Part shown: piece after piece, positions 27,771-41,502 of the stretch | Layout of the letters: every line of letters starts with the position of its first letter | How positions within the stretch are numbered: the first letter of the stretch is position 1 | Translations under genes and position numbers: made by a program | Notes under the pieces: generated by a model | Seen by the model: the letters and a program-made list of their open reading frames with translations, nothing else | The model's database searches: none | What the model was told of the DNA's origin: nothing | Source: Eledone cirrhosa | Lineage: Eukaryota | DNA length: 64,000 nt | Assembly (NCBI GenBank): GCA_964016885.1 | Contig: OZ024743.1 | Coordinates: 109,058,001-109,122,000, forward strand | Reading direction: 5' to 3'

Positions 27771-28763
27771 TATCATAGATTGAGTTAGAAAGTCAAAATA
27801 GTCTTTTACAATTAAATAGCTCAAAAAAGGTAATCTTTCCGAACCGTGTAGTATAATTGGATATATGAGAGGGATGGACACATATATAGATGTATGTAGA
27901 CATGTGTTCCAATTACAACTGACCAAGTTAGCTAGGTTGAAACAATACTAATTTAAAACAATACAGTTTGTCTGACTCGATTTAAAGTATTAAATCAATA
28001 AAAATAGCGAACCTATATCGGGCACCAGCCTTTGATACCCGGACAGACCTAAATCTGTGTCGCAAGCATTATTAGGCTGCGCTTTCTAGCAATAAACCTA
28101 CCCGCCGTAAGCAACTAATCACATCCTTTCTAACTTGACCGCTGCCACCTCACGATTCTTAGCGATTTTTGAATGTATTTTGGCGCGATCACTTTGGAAA
28201 ATGAAATGTATTATTTTGAGCTCGCTCCAGATGATTCCGAAGTTCTGGACATTCCTTGTTATCGGATGTCTTAAAATACGGATGAAACCATGGTAGAGGT
28301 AAGTAGGTATGTACGCAAATCTTCTAAGTTCAATTTAACACCTAATTGTGTTTATTTGACTGTATATCTGGTCGATGTTTACATGGTGTCGAAATGTTAG
28401 ATACATAATCTATTGTAGCAACCGCGAAGGGGCTGCTTTCAATTATTTGTCGGAGATTTCTTCATAGGAGCCTTTATTTTTATAGCTTGGTATAATTCAT
28501 TTGTTGTAGGATTAATTATACTAATTGGGAGAGGAAATGGTATATATTGCATGTGGTAATTCTAAAGACATATTATATGATATATATATATATATATATA
28601 AATATATATATATATAAATATATACATATATATATAAATATATATTTCGTTTCTGAATTTGTTTAGCAAGATTCTTTATCTGAAATCGTATTACAATATA
28701 AATATATACATATATATATATAATATACATATATACATGTATATATTATATATGTGTATACAC

Positions 28764-28896
<133 letters not shown>

Positions 28897-29183
28897 TGAA
28901 ATGGCTCGATCAAATCAAAATCAAATTTTACAAGGTATTAGACCGCGGGATTAACAACACGTAATTTTTATTTCCATTTATATTAAAACAATATAACATT
29001 TATCTAAAATATTCTACTATAGTCAACCATAACAAACGGACATTTTATAACACTACAGCAACGACCAGGACGTCACAGTTTGTATATGACTATGTGTGTG
29101 TGTTTACTTGTTCGTTATGTACGTTGGGCCTTCGTAAGTTACATACATCTTGACGTAAATATTTAATCAGATACACAGAGAAT

Positions 29184-29268
<85 letters not shown>

Positions 29269-29889
29269 CTACATATGAGATGACTGACACGTGTGTGAGA
29301 GGGAATGTGAGTGTGCATACATTTTTCTGTGACGACTAACATAACGAAACCTGGGAGTGAAACTGCGTGTGTTTGTATGAATTTATGTCTGTGTGTATTT
29401 TTTTATGAGTTTGTGTGAGTAAATGTGTGTCCTTTCGTAGGTCAAATTATGTGTGTATTTGTATGAATGTATGTCTGTGTGTGTGTTTTGATAAGTTTGT
29501 GTGAGTGCATGTATGTGTGTTAGTGGGTGAATCTCTTTGTGTGTTTGTATGAATGTATATTTGTGAGTGATGTGTATGTCTGTGTGCGTGCCTGTTTGTT
29601 TATATTTATATTCACATACCGTTGAATTAATAGTTAATACAATTGCTTATATTAGGTTAATTTACACTGCATACAAAAATGATAATTAATATATATTTCT
29701 TTTGGATGTTGATACTTATTTGTTTCCAAATTTGAAAAAAAAAATGCTTTTATTCTAAAAATTCATCTAATACCTGACTGGCGCCCAGGAGAAACAAGCA
29801 TACAGAGTCGTGACCACAGGAATGTGTGTCGGAGGTGTGTGCAGCAAGTGCACATATCTGTGCAGGCACCCGAAAGTGTACGATTCATG

Positions 29890-30240
29890 GTTATGTTTGT
29901 GCAGATGTAGTTGTGTGTTTAGTGGTATGTACGGATATTGTAAATCTGGGTGTGTGTTGTATCGTGGCTGGAGTTGTGTGTGAGAGAAAGGATAAAGGAA
30001 GGTTAAAGGAATTGCGTGGGGATTTGAATCCATTTGGAAAAGTTGATCCAATGCGAAATCTAAGTTCTGCTTTTTCCTGATGTGAGTGGCAGTTGATCGG
30101 TGGTGTAAAAGGAGGCCTGAGACTATGAGGTGTTGAGTAGAGTGGCAGGGTGGAACGGAAGTGCCGAGAGGCCCTCAGGTGTTCGGCAAATCCGTCTGCC
30201 AGCCGGTGATATAGATAGAGATATACACACCAATACACAT
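29890..30240 (-). pseudogene. Degraded PLE GIY-YIG fragment
   Basis: RLADGFAEHLR...AELRFRIGSTFPNGF resembles the RL..RF.EH and E..LIFRLG.L.P.GLN motifs. Confidence 0.65.
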
Positions 30241-30343
30241 AGGTATATGTTGCAGTACCATGCCTGCGGTAAGCACCACGTGCTACTGAGATGTCGTTAG
30301 TATGTATGTATCTATGTATGTGTATATATATATATTATATATG

Positions 30344-30377
<34 letters not shown>

Positions 30378-31614
30378 AATAGGTATGTGTATTATATTTA
30401 ATATTTTATCTTTTAGTTCCTTCTGATTCCCATTCTAATCCATACTTCTCCCCTCTTCCTCATGCAACTTCTCCCCCACGGCCAGCCAAGCAGAGAAAAG
30501 GAAGATGAAGAAATACCGGGGATTACCCGACCACTTATCCTTCGCACCGGTCGTTGTCGTGTCATCAGGCATACTTGGATCCCGTACTGAGTAGCCCCAC
30601 CGCAAGTTCGGAACGTCAGCGGCCTTCGGAGGAAGGAATCTCGAGAGGTGGCTCTTGCAGCAGGTGTCGCTGGCAATTGTGTGTGGGAATGCTTTGCGGT
30701 CTTTACCGCCGATCCCTGAAGCCAGAGCTCAATCACTCTCTCCCTCCACTCTGCATTCTCCCTTGGCACTAGAGCCCTTGCCATACCCTTCTCTTTTCCC
30801 GTTTTGTAATATTTTCTCATTTTACATTCCATTCTTTCTTCTCATCCTGATTTGTTACTTTTCCTATTAAATTGTATTTACATAATATCTTTTTTTTACA
30901 TAGAATAAACATTTATTGGTTTCAAAAATAATCACCTACATCATCACTGTCTTTATTTTCACTGTTAGCTGTTGTGTTATCGTTAATTGTGACACCTCTA
31001 GATGTCGTCATATTGTACAGCAGTTGTCAGTAACATGAAAAATAAACTAACAAAATCAACAACAGTAATTGTTTGTACCATAGATCACATGGCCTGCTAT
31101 TTGAAGGGTAGGGTAAAGTAGATGCATTTATCCCGGTACGTTACTGGTATTTATTTTACCGACGGCTTACGGATGAGAGGCAAAGTTAAATTTGGCGTGT
31201 TTAAACACAATATGTATGTATATGCAGCAACCTTATGCTGCAAAACATGCTAATATCTCTACTGATACTGCCACATGTTAATATTAATCATGATCTCTTT
31301 ATTCACCGGAAATGTTTCACTTCAAGATCAACATTAAGAACGGCACAAGACAAAACATTACGTGTGTGTCTATTTTTGTATGTGTTTGTGTGTGTATTTG
31401 TGCGAGGCTATTGCCTGTAATCATGTTTAAATATAATAAGGGGAGGTAGCAATAATATATTCAACAGTAATTATTCTTAAATAGCTAGAAGACATCCAAT
31501 GTCTATTCGTCTAAAAAACACATACAACCATGGTTTCTCTTGCATATAGGCATAAGCCCACTCTCGGCTCTTTAGTTCCCATTTACAGGCGTATATTCAG
31601 AACAGGCCCATTCA

Positions 31615-31970
31615 GTCGTACTATTAGTGCTATTCTCGACCCTGGTTTAAAAAAAAAAAAAATTGGCTGGAAAGCAATACTTCATTTTCCACACTGATTT
31701 TCCTATTCAATGATACTTGAATAAGTTGATACGGGATTCTCCAAAGAGGGAGTATTTGTCTTCAACCCTTTCATACATGTCTCTCATATAATTTATTTCA
31801 CATAGCATATAAAAGCTGTTTGATCTTTCCGGTTAAAGGAAGGCGACGCGACGATTTTCACAATAGATTGAGTTGATAGTCGCATACGTTTTATTCGTCA
31901 CAGCTGATTGTCGACGCAAACCTAAAGATCACCAATGCACAAGGCACTGAACGAGTGCGTGCATGAAGGT
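31615..31970 (-). pseudogene. Very old Tx1-clade ORF2 3' fragment
   Basis: ctgattttcctattcaa, gtcttcaaccctttca and gacgagtgcgtgca-like blocks parallel 41545-41890. Confidence 0.6.
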
Positions 31971-32309
31971 TGGGCATGGGGAAATTCAATGACATTGATC
32001 ACAGTAGGTGAGAGGAAATTTATTTCTTCCAATCTAAAATATTGAAAGGCAAATTGATCTCGGTGAAATTTGATATCTGAAAGTAGCATTTCGTTAATGT
32101 CCCTACGATCTGTGTTAAAAATCCAATGAGGTCAAATTTGTCTGATATCGAAATATAAAGTGTCAGTCAAATGTTTAATTCGATATAATTATTTTTCCAG
32201 AGCACAAAAGTTGTTAGACTTGTATCTATATAGAAGTAAGAGAAAATAAAAAGAAATAAGAACAAGAAAAACAATATCGAAAACAATACAACATTCGAAA
32301 TAGTATTAT

Positions 32310-32695
32310 AAAATAAAATACCAGTAATACACTGGTTATTTACTTGCCTTGTGCCAAAAAAGTAGAAACAATTATTTCAAATCACGCCGAGGTTAACTTT
32401 GCTTTTCATCCTTATGGAGTCGATAAAATAAAATACCAGTAATGCACTGGGATAATTTCTGACCTTGTGCCAAAACCAGAAAAAATTATTTCTAAAGTAC
32501 CCAACATTAATTTGCCATTTAGGCACAATTCTTGCAAATTTGAGGGAAAGGCAGATCTCATTAAATCAACACCAGTATTTGATTTTATCGATCCTGAAAT
32601 GATGAAAGGCAAAGTTCACATCAGCGTGATTTGAACTGGAACGTCGTAACTGTACAACAAACTCAGCCAATCTACTGATTCTGTCAAATCCACCA
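32310..32695. mobile_element. SINE family A fragments in both orientations
   Basis: Core and tail motifs on + (32310-32490) and on - (32515-32695). Confidence 0.75.
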
Positions 32696-35115
32696 TACTA
32701 GTCCAAATATAAACTGATTTCTAATTTAAACACAAAGGCCGCAAATATAGAGTAAGTGCAAAGTTAATTACACCAACATCAGTATTTGACTGCTAGTTTA
32801 TATTATCAACCTCGCAAGGGAAAAAAGGTAAATTAGTATTCGCAAGAATACAAAAAAACAGACGAAATAAGGCAATATAAGTTTATCCACCGATCTACCA
32901 ATTCTGTCGCACTAATTAACACATATATTGATTTTTACTTTAGATAAAAGGTCAGCAATAAGATGGAGGGTCTCAACCCCAGTAAGCAAAGGGAAATGGT
33001 AAAAGGCAAAGTTGACACCCGCTGCATTTGAACTCAGAACGTAAGGAGCAGGATCGAATACATCTAAGCATTTGGTTGGTACACCAACAACTCTAACAAC
33101 AACCTATATACGTGTAGAACTAGGGAAACAGTCAAAGGAGAGTAGTAAAGCACAGATACTCAGGAATTAAAGTGTAATGGAAAGGAGATTGATGGATAAC
33201 TTGCATTTCGAATCTTCGTAAATATATGAATTATTGATATGCCATGTTCCTCTATGTTTCATAAACGGCTTTCTTATAATGTTACCCACTGAACCTCTCT
33301 TTTCTAATGTCGTTCTCTTTCTCTTGTTGGGTGTCTATTTTTCTCAATTTCTTTATTCCGCTTTCATATTCTACTATGCATCATCATCGTTATCTTCAAC
33401 ACCATAATCTCTCTTACTCTCTCTCTCTCTCACTGTATGTTTTTCACCCACACCCGTTCTTTCACTTTCAGCACAACGGTCTTGCTTCCCCGAAGAACAT
33501 AAACAGAGGATTTGATGGGAAAGTTGTTATAGTCAGGAAGAAGAAAAGAGAAAATGCTAAACCAAACTGAATGAGGGATTACCAGAGAAATAATGCAACA
33601 TTTCTGAAGTGGGGTCGGTGTAAAGAATCACAGGCTTATTTCATATTAATAAAAAAAGGTTACAGCACATCTGATTCCAATGCTAATTTCGATAAATATA
33701 AGATGAATTTCATAGATTATATAATGCACAAATAACATAATAATGTTTTTTCTAGCATTGATACGAGGTCAGATATCTAGGTGTAGGAAAAGAATTGATT
33801 AAACCGAGAGAAGCACTTAACTGGTACTTTATTTTATCGAGCAGAAAGGATGAAATGCAACGTTGCCCTCGGCAGGATTTTTACACAGAATATATAAATT
33901 CCTTGTATCAGATACTCTATTGATTCTCCCAATAGTTTTTAATAAAAGCACAAAGCCAGCAATATTTTAGGATCTCAGAATACGCTAGTCTTCTAAATAG
34001 CCTGAAATTTAACGATTATATTCACCCCAGTGGGGGAATTGTACAATATGTTATCTTCACTGGGAGGAAAAATACAAAGTTGCTGTACAATAACTATTTT
34101 GCCATTCATAACACAGTAGTGTTATATATATGAGCACGATTAATTACATGGAAGCGATGGATTCTATTAGAAAGGCAATATTATTTTAATGGTACTTACA
34201 AACACGTGAAAGGCTAAGACAACTTCGATATATTTTGAACAATGTTTATAAATAGAAGATGAACTATCCGAAAATATTTTTTCTACGCGTTTATGTTAGT
34301 ACATTGAGAGTATATGGTGTACATTTATGTTGGTATGTTATTTTCAGTTGAGACAAGTAGAGAGAGCTAAATAACTGATTTATTACAAATTAAAACAGTA
34401 TATATTGGTAGAGTAAATAAATAAATAAAAAACCGTGGCGGCGATGTGTAGTTCACTGAGTACATAACAGTATACAATACGTACATGTTTATCGAGTCTA
34501 GAAAAAAGATTAAAAAAATTAAATCCGGTTGGTGTTTCATGTTCACAATATATCAGGACAAAACTTAATAATGTAATACAGTACCTCCCACACTCTTCTA
34601 TATCAGCCGATATACCACTCTCATTTATTTTGAATGAAAACATATTCCTTATAACAAGTATATATTTAATCGAAATATTAATAGCACAAAAGCCGTAGAT
34701 GTAGAATAGTTACACCGTTTTGACAAGCATTTTATATTGTGAATATTTCAATGTTGTTCATAATGTTAGTGACAATATCGATCATAAAAATAAGAGAGAA
34801 TCCTTGACATATCTGCCATATAAACAGTAATTTGAATCGAAAACTATAAATGTATTCTTGTAAAGCTTTCTCTTTAGAAATTTCATGCTGGTAATTTTAG
34901 ATGGAATGCATATGTCGCTATGATGTTATTAATAGGTATACACATTATATTCATTCAAACTTATAACTAGCTAAGAGTTAGTGAAATATCATTCGAAGTA
35001 GATATACAAGGTTACCTAACAGGCTTCTTAGCTCTAATGCCTAATCAATACAGTAGATAATTACAGAGCTCTAAACGATACTTTAACAATGTATTTAAAC
35101 ATTATACCCACACAC

Positions 35116-35151
<36 letters not shown>

Positions 35152-35160
35152 TATATATAT

Positions 35161-35235
<75 letters not shown>

Positions 35236-35436
35236 GTGAGTGTGTGTGGTTGAGCGTTTGTACACATATATATAATTATACCTTTTATATTCTTTAATTA
35301 CGGAAAACTTATGTGCGAGCCTTGTAAGTATGTGCCTTTATTTCTAGACACACACATGCTACATACAAATATAAGCATACATGATATATAGCATACATAT
35401 ACATATGTATATGATTATATGTGTTTATATGTGAAT

Positions 35437-36200
35437 GTCATCATAAACACCGTTTTACCTCCGTTCTTCCACGCTAGCATAGGGCAAACGGGTTGTCCTG
35501 TTGTGGGCAGTGTCCAGTCGGTTGACCTTGTCTTGTAAGCAAACTGATTGTGGCTTGATTTCTACAGCTGGATGCCCTTCCTAACACCAACCTCATTTAC
35601 AGTTAGTGCTGGGAGATTGTTTTCCGTGGCGCCTACACGTCCACTTTACAGTGTGGGCTGGGTGTTTTTTTGCATTGACACCGCCACGACTATTTTAAGG
35701 TGGGAGGAGGTGGGGATATATTGACTATGTGCTTCAGCTTCGGCTTGTACCCGTGGGAAGTCGGGTCTTCTGTATTACTTCAAGACGCCAGAGGTCACGG
35801 TCGAGTGACATTGCCCTTGAGAGGTGCGATGGGGTAAATCGGCTTTAAATCACACAATCCCAGGTCTTCTTGAGCCCCCACACTCCGCGGATTTCATCGA
35901 CTTCTAGTGCTATGCAACTTTTTATGCAGCTGTTATCCTTCATATGCATCACATGTCCATACCAACGCATCCCCCTCTCGTGCACACATCATTTGATTCC
36001 TCTTATGCTCAGTCTCTCGCTCAATTCGCTTATGCTTTGCCGTTCGCGTATATTACTATTACACATCCATCGGAGCATGCAAGCTTCGTTTCTTTCTAAT
36101 CTAGGCAAGTGTCCTACAGACAATGCCCAGGTCTCACTATCATGTAACATTACTGTTCGTATACACGCATATTACAGTCTGCCTGTCATTTTGAGGGAAT
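35437..36200 (-). mobile_element. RTE-clade LINE 3' fragment
   Basis: The minus strand around 35940-35985 encodes GMRWYGHVM, the RTE RLRW.GHV motif. An RTE-like 3' UTR (ctggatgcccttcctaac on +) follows. Confidence 0.7.
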
Positions 36201-36547
36201 AAATATATATATATATATATATATATAGTAATAATAATAAATTTGAAGACTAAAATCCAAAGAGGGCTCGATAAGGATAAATATATATCAAATAAATAAG
36301 AACCGTAGAACAAATATTTATTAAAATAACAGATTAAAGTTTAAGCAAATAATCGCTGCTTTCACCATTAACGGGATCTTCTGAAACTAACAAAGTCAAT
36401 CTGTGAACGCAGAACTGGATATTTCAAAAAACATTGCAACCGGAGGAAGACAGGAAGACGATACTTTGGTTCGTGGAAACGTTCACTGGCTAAGAACGGG
36501 AAAAAACGAATATAATACGATTCTTTGCTTAAACTTTAATCTGTTAT

Positions 36548-36614
<67 letters not shown>

Positions 36615-36757
36615 CTGTGTGTGTGTGAGAGTACACATGTTTATAAATATATGTGTCTACTCACATGATCATCAGACATTCCCCTTGACAGATGATGTTG
36701 AGAGAACACTGGCGAAACTCAAGAGGAACAAGACTGAAAAATTACGTATGATAATAA

Positions 36758-36978
36758 TGATTTTTAGTATAGGCACAGGGCCAATAATTTTAAGGGGAGG
36801 GCAAAATCGATTAAATCAACCCTAGTGCATAACTGGTACTTTATTTTATCGACCCCGTAAGGATGAAAAGCAAAGTTAACCTCGGCGGGATTTGAACTCA
36901 GATCATAATGGTCCATAACTCTATGATGCAAAGCATGGCGTCCGACCCTCTAGCGATACTGTCATCCACCGCCCTACA

Positions 36979-37029
<51 letters not shown>

Positions 37030-37203
37030 TGTTTCTACTTTAGGCACAAGGCCAGCAATTATCCAGTGCATTACTGGTACTTTATTTTATCGACCCCGTA
37101 AGGATGAAAGGCAAAGTCAACCTCGGCGGGATTTGAACTCAGATCGTAAAGGGACGTAACTATGCTGGAAAGCATGGCGTCCGACCCTCTACCGATACTG
37201 CCA
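36758..37203 (-). mobile_element. Two SINE family A copies separated by (TAA)n at 36979-37029
   Basis: Consensus matches. The 3' end of the second copy abuts the TAA run. Confidence 0.92.
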
Positions 37204-37310
37204 AAATAATAATAACAGTTATTAATGATTTCATTCTTAAGCCACGCAATGCTCACATTAAGGAACCACTCATGATAATAACAATTTAAAAAAAACAACA
37301 AAAAGAAAAC

Positions 37311-40300
37311 CCCGTGACCAAGAAATACCGGGATGGCGGCCGGCGGGGAATAGCCGTATCTCTAGGGGAGAACGACCCCTCTAGTCTTGGTTGACACTCG
37401 TTCTAGAAATGGTAACACAAAATGATTACCCCTTGGCGGATAAGGATAAAACGCGACAAAATAAAATAAATGTCTAATGATAAAATCTCATACCGGATCG
37501 GCCGTCACCCGGGTAAAAAAGGGCCGCGTCCCTCAGAGAGGAACCAGACTGGGGTCGAAAAATCAGCTAATGGTTCAAACATTCCCATCACTTCGGAGCT
37601 GGAGACCTCTCATAACCGGAATACTCCTACTGTTGGCCCTCCATGCTCACCACCAAGAAATCCAAAGAAAAAGAGAGAAAAATGGTCAAGGGAAGATAAT
37701 AAAGAAGTCCTTGAGGCTTTCTACACTGCCATGTACTAGCCATCAAATACATCGAATACAGAACAGACATATATCAACTGGAAAAAGAAACATCCCGAAA
37801 ACAGAGGCTATATTGACAGTAACAAACTAGCCAATATACGAAGAAATATTGTAAGAAAAAAGTTACTAACTGATATAGAAATTGATCAGATTAAGCTATT
37901 AGCACAAAGTCAGCGAAGGGAAAATGAAACATTTGTCAGTGAAAACGAGGTAAACTGTAACACTTCGAATCCCAGGGTTGGGGCGGAATCACTGGCAACA
38001 GAACAAATTAAAGAAAGGATCGAAAAAGTTGAGGGAGTGCATGCTCAGGATGAAACTCCAAATGAAAATAATGAGATCGTAAATGATAAAGAAATGAATG
38101 AGAATGAACTTGCCAATTTGAAGGATGAAATTATGATCGAATGGATGAAAATGAAAGAATCTGACATGGGGCAACGAGACACCCTCCCTAAGATCCAGAA
38201 CTCCAAACAGAACCAAAAGATAATACACAAGACTAACATAATTCTCAAAAACATTATCATCACAAACAAACTAAACATTACTGATTTAAATCATCTCTAT
38301 TATGCATCGGCTAAAGTCACCACTCACTTATGTGAAGTGAAGATGAAAAAACAAAGGAATTCCTACAAGAAATCTACTTGGCAAGAGAACATCAATCGCC
38401 AAATAAACCTTCTCCGATCTAACATAAAAATGTTAACAAACTATAAAGTAGGTGAACATGTTAAACAAACTAAACTTAGAAAATTGAAAAAAAAGTACAG
38501 TATAAAATCAACATGTGACATAGACATGCTGATAGAAATAATCAAGCAAAAAGTGTCGGCCAAAGCTGCTCGTATAAGGCGCTTTGAAAAACGATCTAGA
38601 TTCTATAAGGACAATAATATGTTCAAAAACAACCAAAGAAACTTCTACAGAAAAATTGGTAAGTCAACAATAACTGCTAAATCAATACCATCCAAGGAGG
38701 AAGTGCAAGAATTCTGGGAAAAGATCTGGGCCGAAGAAAAAGTTCATAACATACATGCCCCATGGATAGACAGACAAATGACAGATACAGCTCACCTTGA
38801 GGAACAAATATGAGAAAATATAACAGTTGAACAGTTGCGCTTGGCTCTAAGAATAACCAGCAAATGGAAATCCCCAGGAAAAGACAAAATACAAAACTTT
38901 TGGATAAATGCCTTCACAGAGTCTCATGAGCTGTTAGCCCAACTTTACAATGACATAGTTAAGGAGCTAGAAAAGATACCATCATGGCTAGTTAACGGCA
39001 TTACATTCCTGCTTCCGAAGAATGATGAGACAAAGAATCCCAAAAATTACAGACCGATAACTTGCTTGACCACAATGTATAAAATGTTAACATCAGTCCT
39101 AACTGAATACACATATGACCTATTTCCCATTGAGCAGAAAGGGTGTAAACGAGGCTCATATGGCTGTAAGGATCAGCTTCTGGTTAACAAAATGATACTG
39201 GAAGATTGTCATAATAGACACAAAAATCTATCGATTGCTTGGATAGATTATAAATAAGCATTCGATAGTTTGCCACACAGTTGGATTGAAAACTGTTTAG
39301 AGATTTTCAAAATATCCCCCGTTGTCGGGAGGTTTTTGTCATTCAGTATGAAGACATGGAAAACGACACTCCTTTTGAATAGTGAAACAAAATCACTGGA
39401 AGCTGGAGAAGTTAATATTAATTGTGGAATTTTTCAGGGTGACTCTTTATCACCGCTTTTATTCTGCATCGCACTTATACCATTAAGTAAAATGCTCAAT
39501 GAAACAAAACATGGATATCAAGTCTATGACAAAACCATTAATCACCTGTTCTACATGGATGACCTGAAACTATTTGAAAAAAAAGATGAACAATTGCAAG
39601 GGCTATTATCCACTGTGGAGCAGTTCAGTGATGACATTAAAATGGAGTTTGGACTAGATAATTGCGCCAAAGCAACGTTCACCAGAGGAAAGCTGCTGAA
39701 GAGTTCAGACATTAATCTTGATCGGGGGAACGTGATGAGAGAACTTGATCAAGAAAAAACTTACAAATATCTAGGTGTTTGTGAAGGAGACGGAATCACG
39801 CACTCGACAATGAGGGAAAGAATGAGGAAGGAATGTTACCGCAGAGTAAGAGCAATCTTAAACGGAATTGAATGCAAGGAATAGGATCGATGCCATAAAC
39901 ACGCTTGCCATACCAGTAGTAACCTACAGTTACAATGTCATCAACTGGTCAAGCACAGAGATCCGTATGCTCGATACAAAAATTCGAAAATTCTTAACCA
40001 TGCACAGAATGCATCACCCTAAGGCAGATATAGATAGAATATATCTCCCTAGGAAAGAAGGAGGACGTGGGTTAATCCAGTTAGACATTGCGTTCAAAAC
40101 TGCAACAATTGGATTATCTACATATCTAAGGGAATCACATGATTGGATGATCAAACTCGTTTTGAAACACGAAAGCATCAAAAGATCATACTACATTACA
40201 AAATATGCACAAAGATACAGTAATGGACTACAAATTTCAGAATTCCCATTTACTGCTGAAATGGAAAACACAGAAAAAGCAAAGCAGGTAATTAGCTGCA

Positions 40301-41232
40301 AAGAAAGAACTGCTAGAGAATCTGGCTAAGAAATGGCAAGAAAAGCCTCTGAATGGAAAATACCCAGAAAGAGCTAACAGTCCTGATGTTGACAAAACTT
40401 TAACCCATCAGTGGTTGGCATCCTCTGGACTGAAATCGGAGACTGAAGGACTGGTTATATCAGCACAAGATCAGTGTCTGCCAACAAAAAATTACCAAGC
40501 CAACATAATAAAAAAATGGATGCAACCCATTATGCCGTGTATGTAAAAAACAACCAGAGCCCATTGATCATATAATTTCAATGTGCAGTCCTATAACTCC
40601 AACCGAATACCCAAACATGCATGACAGAGCTGCACAATACATACATTGGATAATGTGTAAGCATTTTGACCTGCCCCATCAAAAGAATTGGTGGGAGCAT
40701 CAACCACCTCCCATACTTGAAAAAGATCACATCTCAATCTTGTGGAACTTTAGCATCCAAACAGACCGAAAAATAGATGCAAATAGACCTGATATAATAC
40801 TGAAGGTCTTTAAAAAGAGGGTATGCCTGCTAATTGATGTGTCCGTTCCAATAGACAAGAATGTATCTATAAACACATTTGAAAAATTGAGCTAGTATAA
40901 GGACCTGGAGAAAAAATGTGGAAATTGAGAACTAAAACAATACCAGCGGTTGTAGGCGCTCTAGGAATGATACCTAAGGGTCTAATGATTACTTATCGCA
41001 AATCCCAGGAAATCCGCGTATAGGAGAAATACAAAAGATAGTACTAATGGGAACTGCCCATATACTAAGGATGATTCTGTCAATATAAGTACATCAAAAG
41101 TCTAAACACCTAAATATGCATGTGTGTGTATATACGTTCTTTCGTGGACATGGCGAACTTTGTTGTCTCTTGATGTCACTGGTTGTGACTTGGTGATAAC
41201 TCGTATGAACATAAAGCAAGATAAATGAATCT
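37311..41232 (+). mobile_element. Near-full-length R4/Dong-clade non-LTR retrotransposon (single ORF: RT, CCHC, restriction-like endonuclease)
   Basis: N-terminal KWSREDNKEVLEAFY. RT motifs KSPGKD, PKNYRPITCL, EQKGC, WIDYK*AFDS, GIFQGDSLSPLLF, HLFYMDDLKL. Zn knuckle CRVCKKQPEPIDHIISMC. RLE motif RPDII...LIDVSVP. The 3' end is joined to (TAA)n. Confidence 0.93.
37470..41088 (+). pseudogene. Disrupted R4/Dong polyprotein ORF
   Basis: In-frame stops at ~37739, 38813, 39257 and 40895, and frameshifts near 39870, 40300 and 40515. Confidence 0.9.
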
Positions 41233-41502
41233 ATAATAATAATAATAATAATAATAATGTTTTCTTTATTAACCACAAGGGTTCACATAAAGTAGACATT
41301 AAGGACAGTACAGGACAATACAGGACGGTACAAATGGGCATTTCTGCGTGTAAAAAAAACAGAGGTTGAAATAAAATAACAAAGAAAAATTCCCCAATAG
41401 GAGGGAGACTTCCAAGGGACATTTGTGGAGAAAGCCCATTAAAAGACCACAGTGGCCCTGAGCACCAGGACAAGTGCCCTCTCCCAGTTTTCCACCTTTA
41501 AT

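Noticed and set aside
28000-28460. Possible Tc1/mariner transposase C-terminal fossil
   Set aside because: Only faint echoes of the APPH, SPDL..LD and EG..F motifs. Too degraded to call.
37470-41088. Programmed readthrough or recoding of the LINE stops, for example by RNA editing
   Set aside because: Mixed TAG, TGA and TAA stops plus frameshifts in homopolymers are more simply explained by decay or sequencing error.
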